Notes: generated from the letters alone by a model not told the origin. A stretch of DNA of 62,435 nt, filler included, from Sphingomonadaceae bacterium (GCA_050261575.1; 7 parts of 7 records of this genome joined end to end with filler, not necessarily neighbours in it); one strand, 5' to 3'. Shown: positions 8,761-19,490, numbered from the whole stretch's first letter. Translations and numbers: made by a program.

Positions 8761-8812
8761 CGATGGCTCCAATATGCAGGTGACTGCACCCCGAATGCGC
8801 GGGGACGCGCAC

Positions 8813-10696
8813 CTACTGCATCAGGGTCGCGTTGGGGACGTCGCTCCCCGTGAGGTCCTTGTAGGAGAGCTGCAGCAGGGCCACGCTGCGCTTGAAGTTG
8901 TGGATCGCGTTGGCCTTGCCGTCGCTGCCCTCCAGGCCGCGGACGAACAGGTAGTTGTAGATCGCGTTCTTCTGCTTGTCGTTGGCCTTGGCCACGTCGG
9001 CTCGGTCGAAGTAGGGGTGACCCTGCACTGGCTTCACACCGGAGTCGGCGATCGCCTTCTGCAGCGTGGTCAGCAGGCCCTTCACCTCCTCCTGCACGCC
9101 CTCGACCTTGCCGTTGCCGTCGTAGTCGGCCTTGGCGGCAAGATTGAAGTCCTCCATGCCCTTGTGGCAGGACTGGCAGGACTCGGTGTACTCGAACTTG
9201 CCGTCGGGGCTGACGAGGTTGAAGGAGTGGTCGCCGACCTTGAAGCGGTTGGGATCCTTGGCGTCCTCGGGGGTCGGCCACATGTGGCAGGCCACGCAGG
9301 CGCCAGGGGTGGCCCCGCCGAAGAGGTCGGTGCCGTCGGCCGCCTTGATCGGGGCGTTGCCCACGACCATGGTATGGAAGGAGTTGGGGACGTTCCGCCC
9401 GTAGGTGACGCCGCCGATGCCGCTCAGCATCTCCCCGGCCGCGCTGTAGTGCGGGAAGGAGCCCTTAACGGCGTCCTCGGCCTTGGTGCGGGCGTTGTGG
9501 CACTCGACACAGGTTGCGGAGAGGCCGAAGTCCTTGGTTATCCCCGCTGCCTCGACCGGCTTCCCGACGATGCGGAGCTGGAACTTGTTGGCGTTGGAAT
9601 GCGGCTCGTGGCAGACGGCGCAGGAAGCGGTCTGCATGCTGTTGTCCCAGGAGGCCGGCTCCGTCGGGTTGTTGATGAAGGAGATGTAGCCGGCACCGGA
9701 GTGGCAGCGGACGCAATCCTGTCGCGACGGACCGGTGGGGTAGGTCCAGGCCTGGGAATCCTCGTCCGAGTGCTTGGCGTTCTTGAACATCTCGCCCTTG
9801 ACGTGATGCCCGCCCCCGTTGTGGCAGACGTTGCACACGCCTTCGTCGAGGCTGGCGGCCATCTTGGCGCCCTTGGTCACGTGGTCCTTGGCGGGGCCGT
9901 GGCAGTCCTCGCACTGGATGTTGGACATGTTGGCCAGCAACTCGGGAACGGCTTCCCACTGGCCCTTGCCGGTCTGGATCGCCTCGAGGGCTGGGAAGGT
10001 CCAGCCTACCTTCGCCTGGACGTCGGCGAACCCGCCGTTGCTCACGCCGGGGTTGTAGCCGGTGGTGTGGCAGCGGATGCAGCGCTCGCTGTAGTGGCTG
10101 TTGGCCGGATCGGCGCCGCCGTTGATCTCCTCTTTGAAGATCTGCGCGTGGCCGGTCTTGGACCACTCGTGGGTGATGTTGGGATGGCACTGGAAGCAGT
10201 TGCCCAACCCGGTTCCGATGTACTCGCCGGCCTGGATCTTGACGGAGGCCATCGGGCTCGCGCCGGCCTCGTTGCTGATCACCAGGTCGACCTTGTAGAT
10301 GCCGGAGACATCAGGGGTAAACTTGACCAGGGGTTCGCTGTTCGTGGTGAGGGTGGCCTTGGACTCCCGGGGTTTGGTCAGCGTCCAAGCGTACTTGGTG
10401 ACCGAGACCTTGGGGTCCGTAGGCGCGCCCTGCAGCGTTACAGGGACGCCGATGGAAACGTTGGGCAGCCCCGTGGTTCCGATCTGGACCTTGGTCTTGC
10501 CGTCGGCTAGCGTCGCCTCGATGACGTTGGGATCGGCCGGATTCGCTGCCACCGGCACGATCTCGATGGTGGCTACCGGCTTGCCGGCCTGCTGTTGCTG
10601 CGTGGTCTCGGCCGCCACCAACGTTCCCGCAGTGACGCCGAGGGCCAGCACCGTCAGACCTGCCAGGGTCAGTAGCCCTCTGGGCTTCAGTGCCAT
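8813..10696 (-). CDS. Exported nonaheme cytochrome c, paralog 2
   Basis: 9 CxxCH motifs, signal peptide, collinear with paralog 1. Confidence 0.92.
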   Translation of the reverse strand: MALKPRGLLTLAGLTVLALGVTAGTLVAAETTQQQQAGKPVATIEIVPVAANPADPNVIEATLADGKTKVQIGTTGLPNVSIGVPVTLQGAPTDPKVSVTKYAWTLTKPRESKATLTTNSEPLVKFTPDVSGIYKVDLVISNEAGASPMASVKIQAGEYIGTGLGNCFQCHPNITHEWSKTGHAQIFKEEINGGADPANSHYSERCIRCHTTGYNPGVSNGGFADVQAKVGWTFPALEAIQTGKGQWEAVPELLANMSNIQCEDCHGPAKDHVTKGAKMAASLDEGVCNVCHNGGGHHVKGEMFKNAKHSDEDSQAWTYPTGPSRQDCVRCHSGAGYISFINNPTEPASWDNSMQTASCAVCHEPHSNANKFQLRIVGKPVEAAGITKDFGLSATCVECHNARTKAEDAVKGSFPHYSAAGEMLSGIGGVTYGRNVPNSFHTMVVGNAPIKAADGTDLFGGATPGACVACHMWPTPEDAKDPNRFKVGDHSFNLVSPDGKFEYTESCQSCHKGMEDFNLAAKADYDGNGKVEGVQEEVKGLLTTLQKAIADSGVKPVQGHPYFDRADVAKANDKQKNAIYNYLFVRGLEGSDGKANAIHNFKRSVALLQLSYKDLTGSDVPNATLMQ

Positions 10697-10988
10697 GGTT
10701 GGTTCCTCCCTCCCAGTTTCCAGATGCGCGCGTGCTTGCGCCTTCGGGGTGCCGAACCCCCTGCCGGACCCGGAGGTCACCCGCGACCTCCCGCCGGGAG
10801 CGTTCCTGGAGCGGCTATGGGCTGCGCCTTCGGGCGCGTCTCCTTTCTAGATCCATTCCGGCTCTTCACGCGCTCCGGCGGGGTCGCCGGGATGGGCTTC
10901 GAGCCGGAGGATAGCCGGGGATTGGGGGATCCTTGCGTTGCCGGGACGCCGTTGCGGGATTATTCCCCTGGTTCAGCAAGGTGGTGCC

Positions 10989-11017
10989 ATCGTAGATTAG
11001 AATCAGATGAGAGTCAA
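10989..11017 (-). promoter_or_regulatory. Sigma70 promoter with the same operator inverted in its spacer
   Basis: TTGACT-CTCATCTGATTCTAATC-TACGAT. Confidence 0.7.
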
Positions 11018-11035
11018 GCCTTTTTGTGCGGGAAT

Positions 11036-11743
11036 TCACGGATCTTGGGCCAGGAACTCCTCCCGGCTCCATCGCTTGTAGGACTCGATCCTGCGCACCA
11101 TCTCCGGAACCGACTTGGCCCCGCTGTTCCGCAAGAACATGTCGTGCTGGCTCCTGTGGCACATCTGTGCCGCCACCTTTTTGTCGAACCAGGGGGAAAC
11201 GTCCAGGACGAGATCCGCCCGGTCGTTCCGGTTGGTGAGCCGGTCCTCGGCGTTGTCGCCCGTATTGGCGCACCAGGTGAGCACCTCGCCGGGGTACCAG
11301 GGGGCCAGCCGCCGCAACGCCTCCCGCACCGCCTGGAAGGTGTAGACGTGTTGGGGGTGGCCGTACTCACCGTTGGAGCCGTGGGTGATGACGATGTCCG
11401 GGCGGACCTCGGCGAGCTGCTGGACCACCGCCGAGGCTAGTTCGTCCATGCTGGCCTCCACGGGCTTGGGTGGCTCGCCTATCTCGATGGAGGGGTCGAT
11501 GAACCCCAGGAATCGCAGCTCCTTGGCGCCCAGGGCTGCCGCCGCGCACTCCATCTCCTTCTGCCGGTACTCCCCCAGCCTGCTCTTGGGGCCCACCGGC
11601 GGGACCCCCACCTCCCCGCCCTCGCCCCTGGTGACCTCGACGATGTAGACGTCGTTCCCCTCCTGGGCCAGCCTTGCCAGGTAGCCGCCGGCGAAGCCGG
11701 ACTCGTCGTCTGGATGGGAGGAGACCACCATTACCTTTGCCAT
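11036..11743 (-). CDS. PIG-L/LmbE-family deacetylase
   Basis: SHPDDE, TRGEGG, GEYGHPQH and HRSQ motifs. Confidence 0.93.
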   Translation of the reverse strand: MAKVMVVSSHPDDESGFAGGYLARLAQEGNDVYIVEVTRGEGGEVGVPPVGPKSRLGEYRQKEMECAAAALGAKELRFLGFIDPSIEIGEPPKPVEASMDELASAVVQQLAEVRPDIVITHGSNGEYGHPQHVYTFQAVREALRRLAPWYPGEVLTWCANTGDNAEDRLTNRNDRADLVLDVSPWFDKKVAAQMCHRSQHDMFLRNSGAKSVPEMVRRIESYKRWSREEFLAQDP

Positions 11744-12201
11744 GACTCTTCGACCTCCAAAGCTGTCTTCGCCTCGTGGTTGTTGATCTACATTCTCCGC
11801 CGAATGCAATCTGCCTGCCAGCCGCCCCCGATGCTATAATCCCTCTAGAGTCGTGCAGCGGGTGCCCGAACGGTCGCTCCTGTGCCCGAAAAACGCCTGT
11901 CGCTTCCCTGCAGGGGCGCAACACGCAGCGTGTCGCGAGCGAGCACGTGAGGCGAGCGAGCGCAGCCTCACCGGCGCGGCCCACACCGGGCGACGGCGGA
12001 ACCGTAGGTGCAGACCTGTGTGTTTGCCCAGGGCGCACATGCGGGTGCGCACCCACCCTTTCGTGGGGCGCCGTAACTGCAGCTTGTGAGAGCCCGGGAC
12101 CCGGGACGCAGGACTCAGGACTACCCAGGGCTGGCGCAAACCCGACCGCGCTAGCAGCGCGATCGGGCCGGCAGCTCGGCAAGAGGCAACGGGAGATCTG
12201 C

Positions 12202-14634
12202 TTGCACGTACTTGAAGGATTGAACCCCGCCCAGCGGGAGGCGGTCACTGTCCCCTCGGGCCCACTGTTGATCCTCGCGGGGCCCGGCTCCGGCAAGACC
12301 CGAGTCATCACCCACCGCATCGCCTTCCTGATCCAGCAACACGGGGTGAGCCCCGGTCGCATCATGGCGGTCACCTTCACCAACAAAGCCGCTCGGGAGA
12401 TGAAGGAACGGCTGCAGCGGCTCGTGGGTCGCGGGTCGGATGCGCTGACGGTGGGGACCTTTCACGCCACTTGCGCCCGCATACTCCGCCGTGACGGCCA
12501 CCATCTGGGGGTGGATCCCAGCTTCGTGATATACGACGACGACGACCAGTTGAGCCTGGTGAAGAGCGTCCTGAAGGAGATGGAGCTGGACGAGAAGCGC
12601 TATCCCCCCCGTCCGTTTCTGAACGCCATCTCCTCAGCAAAGAGCGAGTTGAAGGACCCCCAGCAGTACGGCGAGATCACCACCAGCTACTGGCAGGAGG
12701 TGGCGGCGCGTGTCTATCGCCGCTACCAGGAGCTGTTGGAGCTGAACCGGGCCATGGACTTCGACGACCTGCTGATGGCGACGGAACGGCTCTTCCGCTC
12801 CTGCCCCGAGGTGCTGGAGCAGTACCAGGAGCGCTACCTCCACCTGCTGGTGGACGAGTTCCAGGATACCAACGTGGCCCAGTACGGCATCGTCAAGCTG
12901 CTGTCGGCCAAGCACCGGAACGTATCGGTGGTGGGCGATCCGGACCAATCGATCTATAGCTGGCGGTCCGCCGACATCCGGAACATCATGAACTTCGAGC
13001 GAGACTTTCCCGATGCCAAGGTGGTGATGCTGGAGCAGAACTACCGCTCCACCGGCACCATACTGGCGGTGGCCGAGGGGGTCATCAACGCCAACACCAT
13101 CCGGAAGCCGAAGAAGCTGTGGACCGAGAACGGCAAGGGGCAGCCAGTCACCGTCTTCGAGGCGTACGACGAAGGCGAGGAGGCAACCTACGTGGCCCGG
13201 GAGATCGAGAGGCTCGTGTCCAGGGAGGGGTATGCCCTCAAGGACTTTGCCGTGATGTACCGGACCAACGCCCAGTCCCGGGCGCTGGAGGATGCCTTCC
13301 TGCGGTACGGTCTCCGCTACAAGCTGGTGGGAGGCACACGCTTCTACGAGCGGCGGGAAGTGAAGGACGTGGTGGCCTTCCTCCGCCTGGTGCAGAACCC
13401 GGGGGACGGCGTCTCGATGAGTCGGGTGGTGAACGTGCCCCCGAGGGGGATCGGCGCCAAGACCATGGCGGAGCTGGACAGGCTGTCCCGGCGCAGGAAC
13501 GTGTCGCTGTTCGGTGCGGCGCGCCTGGCGGTGAGCGAGGAGACACCCGACGGCCAGCCGCTGCTGCATCTGACCCCCAAGGTACGGAACGCGGTGGCCG
13601 CCTTCGTGGAGACCGTGGACTACCTGGTGCAGCGAAAGGCGGACCTGGGGATAGTGGATCTGCTGGACCTGGTGCTGGAGCGCACCGGCTATCGATCCTT
13701 CCTGCTGGACGGCACCGAGGAGGGCCAGGAGCGGTGGGAGAACGTGCTGGAGCTCCGCACCGTGGCTCGGGACCACGAGCATCTCAACCCCTCGGCGGCA
13801 CTGGACTCCTTCCTGGAGGGGATGGCGCTCATGTCCGACGTGGACGGGCTCCGGGAGGAGGAAGAGGGGGTGACGCTCATCACCCTCCACGCCGCGAAGG
13901 GCCTGGAGTTCCCGTGCGTCTTCATCGTCGGGATGGAGGACGGGGTCTGCCCGCACTCGCGCTCCTTCGACGACCCCCAGGCCATGGAGGAGGAGCGGCG
14001 GCTCTGCTACGTGGGGATCACTCGGGCGATGCAGCGGCTCTGGCTGGTGTATGCCACCAGGCGAACCCTCTACGGCAACGTGAACTACAACGAGCCATCC
14101 CGCTTCTTGGGGGACGTGCCTCCCCACTTGACGACCGGAAACGGGGCGGTGGGCCCCGCGTTGAAGAGACGGGACGGGCCGAGCATCGGCGTGCCCCAGC
14201 GGCCGGAGTTCAGGTCGCCCACCCCCATCAGGGGGAGGTTCCAAGGGGATGGCCGGCCGTCCACGCCCTTTGGAAGCGGCCGCCAGGTGGAGAGCCGGCC
14301 GCCCATACCCTTTAGGCCGAGGAACGTGGGGGAGAGCAAGGCGCGCCCCGGCTCGGAGAAGGGCCCCGAGCGACCGCAGTCCGTGCCGGAGACGCCGTCT
14401 CGGCGAGACCGCGGATCGAGCGGACGGGAGATTCCTATCGGCCAGCGGCAGGCGGAGGACGTCGACCGGGAGCCCACCTTCAAGGCGGGGGATCGGGTGT
14501 ACCATCCCGCCTTCGGGAACGGCGTGGTGGTGTCGTGCAAGGTGACTCGATCCGACGAGGAGGTCACGGTGGCCTTCGAGCAGCGAGGGGTGAAGAAGCT
14601 GGCACTCAGCTTCGCGCCCTTGCAGAGAGCGTAA
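12202..14634 (+). CDS. pcrA: ATP-dependent DNA helicase PcrA/UvrD
   Basis: AGPGSGKT, DEFQDTN, VGDPDQSIY, TLHAAKGLEF, EEERRLCYVGITRA and a C-terminal Tudor-like domain. TTG start assumed. Confidence 0.96.
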   Translation: MHVLEGLNPAQREAVTVPSGPLLILAGPGSGKTRVITHRIAFLIQQHGVSPGRIMAVTFTNKAAREMKERLQRLVGRGSDALTVGTFHATCARILRRDGHHLGVDPSFVIYDDDDQLSLVKSVLKEMELDEKRYPPRPFLNAISSAKSELKDPQQYGEITTSYWQEVAARVYRRYQELLELNRAMDFDDLLMATERLFRSCPEVLEQYQERYLHLLVDEFQDTNVAQYGIVKLLSAKHRNVSVVGDPDQSIYSWRSADIRNIMNFERDFPDAKVVMLEQNYRSTGTILAVAEGVINANTIRKPKKLWTENGKGQPVTVFEAYDEGEEATYVAREIERLVSREGYALKDFAVMYRTNAQSRALEDAFLRYGLRYKLVGGTRFYERREVKDVVAFLRLVQNPGDGVSMSRVVNVPPRGIGAKTMAELDRLSRRRNVSLFGAARLAVSEETPDGQPLLHLTPKVRNAVAAFVETVDYLVQRKADLGIVDLLDLVLERTGYRSFLLDGTEEGQERWENVLELRTVARDHEHLNPSAALDSFLEGMALMSDVDGLREEEEGVTLITLHAAKGLEFPCVFIVGMEDGVCPHSRSFDDPQAMEEERRLCYVGITRAMQRLWLVYATRRTLYGNVNYNEPSRFLGDVPPHLTTGNGAVGPALKRRDGPSIGVPQRPEFRSPTPIRGRFQGDGRPSTPFGSGRQVESRPPIPFRPRNVGESKARPGSEKGPERPQSVPETPSRRDRGSSGREIPIGQRQAEDVDREPTFKAGDRVYHPAFGNGVVVSCKVTRSDEEVTVAFEQRGVKKLALSFAPLQRA

Positions 14635-14964
14635 GACGTGGAGTGCGGAGCGTGAGAGACGGCTTCGCAGGCCGGCGGCCCCGGCGCAGAGGCCGGCTCC
14701 CGGCGGCGGCCCGGGCGCCAGTTGCCGTGTGCCTCTGGGAAAGAGGGCGGCGGGGGACACGTGCCGCGAGCGTGCGCGGCGCCACGCCACCCTGCGCCGG
14801 GCGAGCCGGCAGGGGCGCCGTCCCAATGCTGCGGACGGGCGCTTGGGCAGGGCGCCCTTCGGTCGTCGCAACCGTCGCCCCGATCAATAGGGGACGTCCC
14901 AATGCTGCGGAGGGGCGCTTGGGCAGGGCTCCCCGCCCTGCGGTTCGACGGAGTGAGGGCACTC

Positions 14965-15669
14965 GTGCTGGTTAGAGTGGCACCCACGATCCTCGCGGTC
15001 ATGGCTCTGGTTGCCATCGTGGCAACCGGATGTGCCTCCACGTCCGCCGACCCCAACCCGCCCGCGGCCACAACCGCCGCGGGCAAGCCTTCCATCTCCA
15101 CCCCGGCCGTCGCTGGGGGGACTCCAGCCGCGACCTCCGTCGTGCCGGTGGGTGCCGCGGCGACACCCACGGTCGCCAGGACAACGCCCACGGTGCCCGT
15201 CGCGTCGCTGGCCGACTCCACGCCCGGTCCCACCGCGGCCGACCCCGTGGGGGGCGCGACGCCCACTGCCGCCCGGGCAGGGTCGGGGTTGGCAGTGTCC
15301 TCCGCCCGGATCACCACCGCGTCAGGGAGGCAGGTGCAGGTGAGGCTGGAGGTGGCGGACACGCCGGAGTCCAGGGCGATGGGCCTCTCACGCCGACCCT
15401 CGCTTGCCGAGGATGCCGGCATGCTGTTCGTCTTCCCATCCGATGGGGTGGCCGCTTTCTGGATGAAGGACACCCTGGTTCCCCTCTCCATCGCCTTCAT
15501 CTCGGCCGACGGGAGGATACTGGAGATCCAGGATATGGAGCGCCTGTCGGAGGAGCTGCACCGGCCGGCGCAGCCGTATCGTTACGCCCTGGAGGTGAAC
15601 CAGGGCTTCTTCGACAAGAACGGAATCAAGGCTGGAGACAGAGTGGAGTTCCAGCTAGGAGGAAGGTAG
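14965..15669 (+). CDS. DUF192-domain lipoprotein
   Basis: Lipobox ATGC, Pro/Thr linker, EVADTPESRAMGLS..GMLFVF..FWMKDT..PLSIAFI. Start uncertain. Confidence 0.85.
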   Translation: MLVRVAPTILAVMALVAIVATGCASTSADPNPPAATTAAGKPSISTPAVAGGTPAATSVVPVGAAATPTVARTTPTVPVASLADSTPGPTAADPVGGATPTAARAGSGLAVSSARITTASGRQVQVRLEVADTPESRAMGLSRRPSLAEDAGMLFVFPSDGVAAFWMKDTLVPLSIAFISADGRILEIQDMERLSEELHRPAQPYRYALEVNQGFFDKNGIKAGDRVEFQLGGR

Positions 15670-16589
15670 TGAAGATACTGGTAACTGGGGGCGCGGGATT
15701 CATCGGCTCGAACGTGGTGGACGCGTACGTGGAGGCCGGGCACCAGGTGGTGGTGGTGGACGATCTCTCGTCCGGGAATCGGGCGAACCTGAACCCCGCG
15801 GCCACCTTCTATCAGGTCGACATAAGATCGCCACAGTTGTTGGAGGTAATGGAGAGGGAAAGGCCAGAGGTGGTGAACCACCATGCCGCGCAGATCGACG
15901 TGCGGCGCTCGGTGGCGGACCCCCGCTACGACGCCTCCATCAACGTGGATGGCTCCATAGCCCTGCTTGAGGCGTGCCGGAAGACGGGTGTTCGCAAGGT
16001 GATCTACATCTCCTCGGGAGGGGCTATGTACGGCGAGCCGGAGTACCTGCCATGCGACGAGGATCACCCGGTGAAGCCGCTCTCGCCCTACGGTGCCAAC
16101 AAGCACACCGTCGAGCACTACGTATACATGTATCGGGAGAACTTCGGTATCTCCTACACCGTTCTGCGCTACCCCAACGTGTATGGGCCGCGGCAGGATC
16201 CGTTCGGCGAGGCGGGGGTGATCGCCATCTTCACTGAGCGGATGCTGAGGGGGGAGCCGGTGACCATCAACGGCACCGGCGAGCAGGAGAGGGATTTCAT
16301 CTACGTTGGGGACTGCGTGTCCGCCAACCTGCTCGCCCTGGAGGGGGGCGACGGGCGGGAGTACAACCTGGGTTGGGGGGTCGGGGTGACCGTGAACCAG
16401 ATCTTCCGGAGCCTCAAGGCGGCCACCGGCTACATGCTGGAGGCCAACTACGGCCCCGCCAAGACGGGGGAGACGTTCCGGATCTACCTGGACACGACCC
16501 GCATCCGGAGGGAGCTGGGGTGGGAGCCGAAGGTCCCGCTGGAGGAGGGCATTTCCCGCACCGTGCGCTTCTTCCTCGAGCAGGGGTGA
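15669..16589 (+). CDS. NAD-dependent epimerase/dehydratase (UDP-glucose 4-epimerase-like)
   Basis: GGAGFIGS, YGANK and NVYGPRQ. Confidence 0.93.
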   Translation: MKILVTGGAGFIGSNVVDAYVEAGHQVVVVDDLSSGNRANLNPAATFYQVDIRSPQLLEVMERERPEVVNHHAAQIDVRRSVADPRYDASINVDGSIALLEACRKTGVRKVIYISSGGAMYGEPEYLPCDEDHPVKPLSPYGANKHTVEHYVYMYRENFGISYTVLRYPNVYGPRQDPFGEAGVIAIFTERMLRGEPVTINGTGEQERDFIYVGDCVSANLLALEGGDGREYNLGWGVGVTVNQIFRSLKAATGYMLEANYGPAKTGETFRIYLDTTRIRRELGWEPKVPLEEGISRTVRFFLEQG

Positions 16590-16826
16590 GACCGCTGCAA
16601 GGGCGGGGAAGGCCCCTGCGTACGTGGCTGCAGGCTTTACGCCTGCGCGTGCCATGGGGCGAACCGCCACCCTGTCCCGCGAGGTGCGCGCACGGGTAGA
16701 ACGGGTGGTGCACATTGGCGCATAGCGCAAACAGAGCCCGCGGGTGGTTGTGGGGGCGGACCTGCATGCCCGCCCGCCCGGCCCCGTTGTAGGGGCGAAC
16801 CTGCATTTCCGCGCCCTGATGACGAG

Positions 16827-18272
16827 ATGAGATTCCCCACTCGCCGAGTCGTCCTGATTGCCATTTTGGCCCTTCTGGCCCTGGTGCCGGGATCCGAGGG
16901 GTGGTCCGGCTCGGTCGCGGATGGGGACCGGCTGGCCTCCCAGCATCGACTCCAGTCCGCCCTCCAGCGGTACCACGATGCTGCTCGGTTCCCGGGTGGC
17001 GAGGCCGCCGCCGGGCTTCGCGTGGGCCGCACCCACCTGCGACGGTGGCAGCCCCTGGAGGCGGCGGAGGCATTCCGGCGGGCCGAGGAGGCCGGTGGTG
17101 GCGCGGAGGCGTTGCTGGGGCTGGCGGAGGCTCTGGAGCAGGTGGGGGATCGCCAGGCGAGCCTCGGCGCGCTGGCGCGTGCGCTGGAGTTGCGCCCGCA
17201 CGACGCGACGGCCTGGACTCGGGTGGTAGAGCAGGCCGCGCGCTCCGGCCTGCCGCGTGCCGAGATCGAGGGACTGCTGCCTGTGGCGGCACCGTCCGGT
17301 GTGCACGGGGCTCTCGGGCAGAGGGTGGACTACCTGCTCGGGGCCTGTCTTCTAGGGCCCGCCTCGCAGGAGGGGGAGGCCGCGCTTCGTCGCGCCGCCG
17401 CCGGCCCCGATCGAGTGTTGAGGGAGAGGTCGGAGGAGCTGTTGCTGGCGGCCCGCGCGGCCGGCTCGCCCGAAGGCAGGGCTATCGCGGCTGCGCGAGC
17501 GCTGCTGGCCCAGGGACTGGCGGGTCCTGCCCTCGACGATCTGGAGAAGGTGACGGCCGACGGATCTGGGGAGGCGGAGGTCTGGGCGTTGCGGGGCTGT
17601 GCACTGAGGCTCGCCGGCCGCACGGACGAGGCAGAGGAGGCGCTGCGGCGATCCCTGGAGCTATCGCCGAACGATCCACTGAGCGGCCTTCTGCTGGCCT
17701 CCCTGCTGCGTGCACGGGGCGACACCGGGGCGGCGGCTCGTCTGCTGACTGGGATCGTGGAGACGGCTCCGCCCGAGCCCGCCCTCTACGCGGAACTGTG
17801 CAATCTGCTGGTCGAGCGTGGGGAGTACGGAGAGGCGGAGCGCGCACTTCGGCGGGCAGTGGAGGCGGCGCCGGAGAGCGCGGAGCTGAGGCTGGCCCTG
17901 GCACGTTTCCACGTGGATCGGCAGTATCGGGTGGATGCCGGCCTGCCGGAGGCGCGCGAGGCGGTCCGCCTATCGGGCGGCTCTGCCGAGGCTCTGGGGA
18001 CGCTGGCCTGGGCCCTGCACTTGACGAGCAGGTCGGAGGATGCGCTCGGTCCCGCACGCGAGGCCGTGGAGAAGGCGCCGGAGTCCCCCATGCTGCCGTA
18101 TCGTCTCGGCTCCATCCTCGAGGCGCTGGGGCAGCGGGATGAAGCTCGCGAGCAGTTCCTGATGGTGTGGGAGTTGGATGGGCAGGGGGAGCAGTGGCGA
18201 CGGGCCAGAGCGGCACTGGAGGAGATGCAGGATCCGGCGGGCGCGTGGCGCCGCCGTTTGAGTGTACAATAG
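16827..18272 (+). CDS. TPR-repeat protein
   Basis: Signal-like N-terminus and repeated TPR-pattern helices. Confidence 0.8.
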   Translation: MRFPTRRVVLIAILALLALVPGSEGWSGSVADGDRLASQHRLQSALQRYHDAARFPGGEAAAGLRVGRTHLRRWQPLEAAEAFRRAEEAGGGAEALLGLAEALEQVGDRQASLGALARALELRPHDATAWTRVVEQAARSGLPRAEIEGLLPVAAPSGVHGALGQRVDYLLGACLLGPASQEGEAALRRAAAGPDRVLRERSEELLLAARAAGSPEGRAIAAARALLAQGLAGPALDDLEKVTADGSGEAEVWALRGCALRLAGRTDEAEEALRRSLELSPNDPLSGLLLASLLRARGDTGAAARLLTGIVETAPPEPALYAELCNLLVERGEYGEAERALRRAVEAAPESAELRLALARFHVDRQYRVDAGLPEAREAVRLSGGSAEALGTLAWALHLTSRSEDALGPAREAVEKAPESPMLPYRLGSILEALGQRDEAREQFLMVWELDGQGEQWRRARAALEEMQDPAGAWRRRLSVQ

Positions 18273-18327
18273 GGTACCGCTGCGGCGGCCCCACGTGTGG
18301 CCGCCGCGCCCCGAATTCGGAGGGGTT

Positions 18328-19071
18328 ATGAGTCGCATCGATGGCCGGGCCATGGACCAGTTGCGCCCGGTGGAGTTGATTCCCGGCTACCTGGAGTTGC
18401 ATCCTGCATCCTGCCTGATCAGAATGGGCCGCACCTGGGTGCTGTGCGCGGCCAGCGTCGAGGAGAAGGTGCCCCCCTTCCTGGACGGCAAGGGCCAGGG
18501 CTGGGTCACCGCCGAGTACGCGATGCTTCCGGCCTCGACCGACCGACGGACCCCTAGGGAGCGCCAGGCCAGCGGGAGGTCCCAGGAGATCAGCCGCCTG
18601 ATCGGCCGTTGCCTGCGGGCAGCCGTGGACCTACGAAGCCTGGGGCCGCGAACCATCACCGTCGACTGCGACGTGCTCCAGGCGGACGGGGGCACGCGCA
18701 CCGCTTCCATTACCGGCGGCTACGTGGCCCTGGCGCTGGCGTTGCGCCAGTTGGAGTCTTCCGGGCTCGTGGCAACGAGCCCCATTAGGAAAGCGGTGGC
18801 GGCGGTGAGCGCCGGCGTGGTGGACGGGGACCCGATGTTGGACCTGGACTACAGCGAGGACTGTCGGGCCGACGCCGACCTGAACGTCGCGATGAACGAG
18901 GCGGGGGAGATGGTAGAGGTGCAGGGCACGGCCGAGGGCTACCCCTTCGCGCGGACGGTGCTGCACCAACTGCTGGACCTGTCGCGAAAGGGGATCGACG
19001 AGTTGCTGGAGGCGCAGCGGGTGGCGCTGTCGCTCGCGCCGACCATGCCCGAGGAGCCCGGTGACGCCTAG
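18328..19071 (+). CDS. rph: Ribonuclease PH
   Basis: GWVTAEYAMLP, DCDVLQADGGTRTASITG and EVQGTAEG. Confidence 0.96.
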   Translation: MSRIDGRAMDQLRPVELIPGYLELHPASCLIRMGRTWVLCAASVEEKVPPFLDGKGQGWVTAEYAMLPASTDRRTPRERQASGRSQEISRLIGRCLRAAVDLRSLGPRTITVDCDVLQADGGTRTASITGGYVALALALRQLESSGLVATSPIRKAVAAVSAGVVDGDPMLDLDYSEDCRADADLNVAMNEAGEMVEVQGTAEGYPFARTVLHQLLDLSRKGIDELLEAQRVALSLAPTMPEEPGDA

Positions 19072-19232
19072 CGCGGGAGGCTGGCGGGGACGGCGCAGAT
19101 CACCCGGAGGGTGTCCCGTTTCCTGGCGCAGGGACGAAGCATCCGCTGGAGATGACGATGAGTGAGCCCTGCTCGCCGCGCACCCTCAGTTGTGGCCTCT
19201 CCCGCGCGTTCGGTATAATATGGGGTAGACGT

Positions 19233-19307
19233 GGGCCCATAGCTCAGCGGCAGAGCGGGCGGCTCATAACCGCTTGGTCCCTGGTTCGAATCCGGGTGGG
19301 CCCACCA
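19233..19307 (+). tRNA. tRNA-CAT, probably Ile2 (lysidine type)
   Basis: Cloverleaf with GGCGG-CTCATAA-CCGCT and encoded CCA. TATAAT at 19214. Confidence 0.93.
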
Positions 19308-19415
19308 GACGAGAATAGCTCTGAGTAAGCCTCAGAGCTATTCTTTTTGCTCCAGTATCAGGCTGTATCGGGCCTTCCGAAAACTGACCCCAACGCTGCC
19401 CCCTGCGTGTCTTCT

Positions 19416-19490
19416 CTACTCCCTCAGAGCGGCCTCCATGTCGGCCGTGGCCTCGCGCTGCATGTCCGGCAGAACATGGGCGTAAACCAC
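19416..19490 (-). pseudogene. Tyrosine integrase C-terminal remnant
   Basis: VYAHVLPDMQREATADMEAALRE*, similar to the tail of the integrase at 1240. Confidence 0.75.

Noticed and set aside
6572..10510. Long antisense ORFs (also 12634-14871, 28998-32329, 59047-60102, 60302-61561)
   Set aside because: Expected shadows of high-GC genes, with no motifs.
14812..14935. Two ~40-nt direct repeats as a mini-CRISPR
   Set aside because: Only two imperfect copies, with no cas genes or leader. More likely a local duplication or REP-like repeat.
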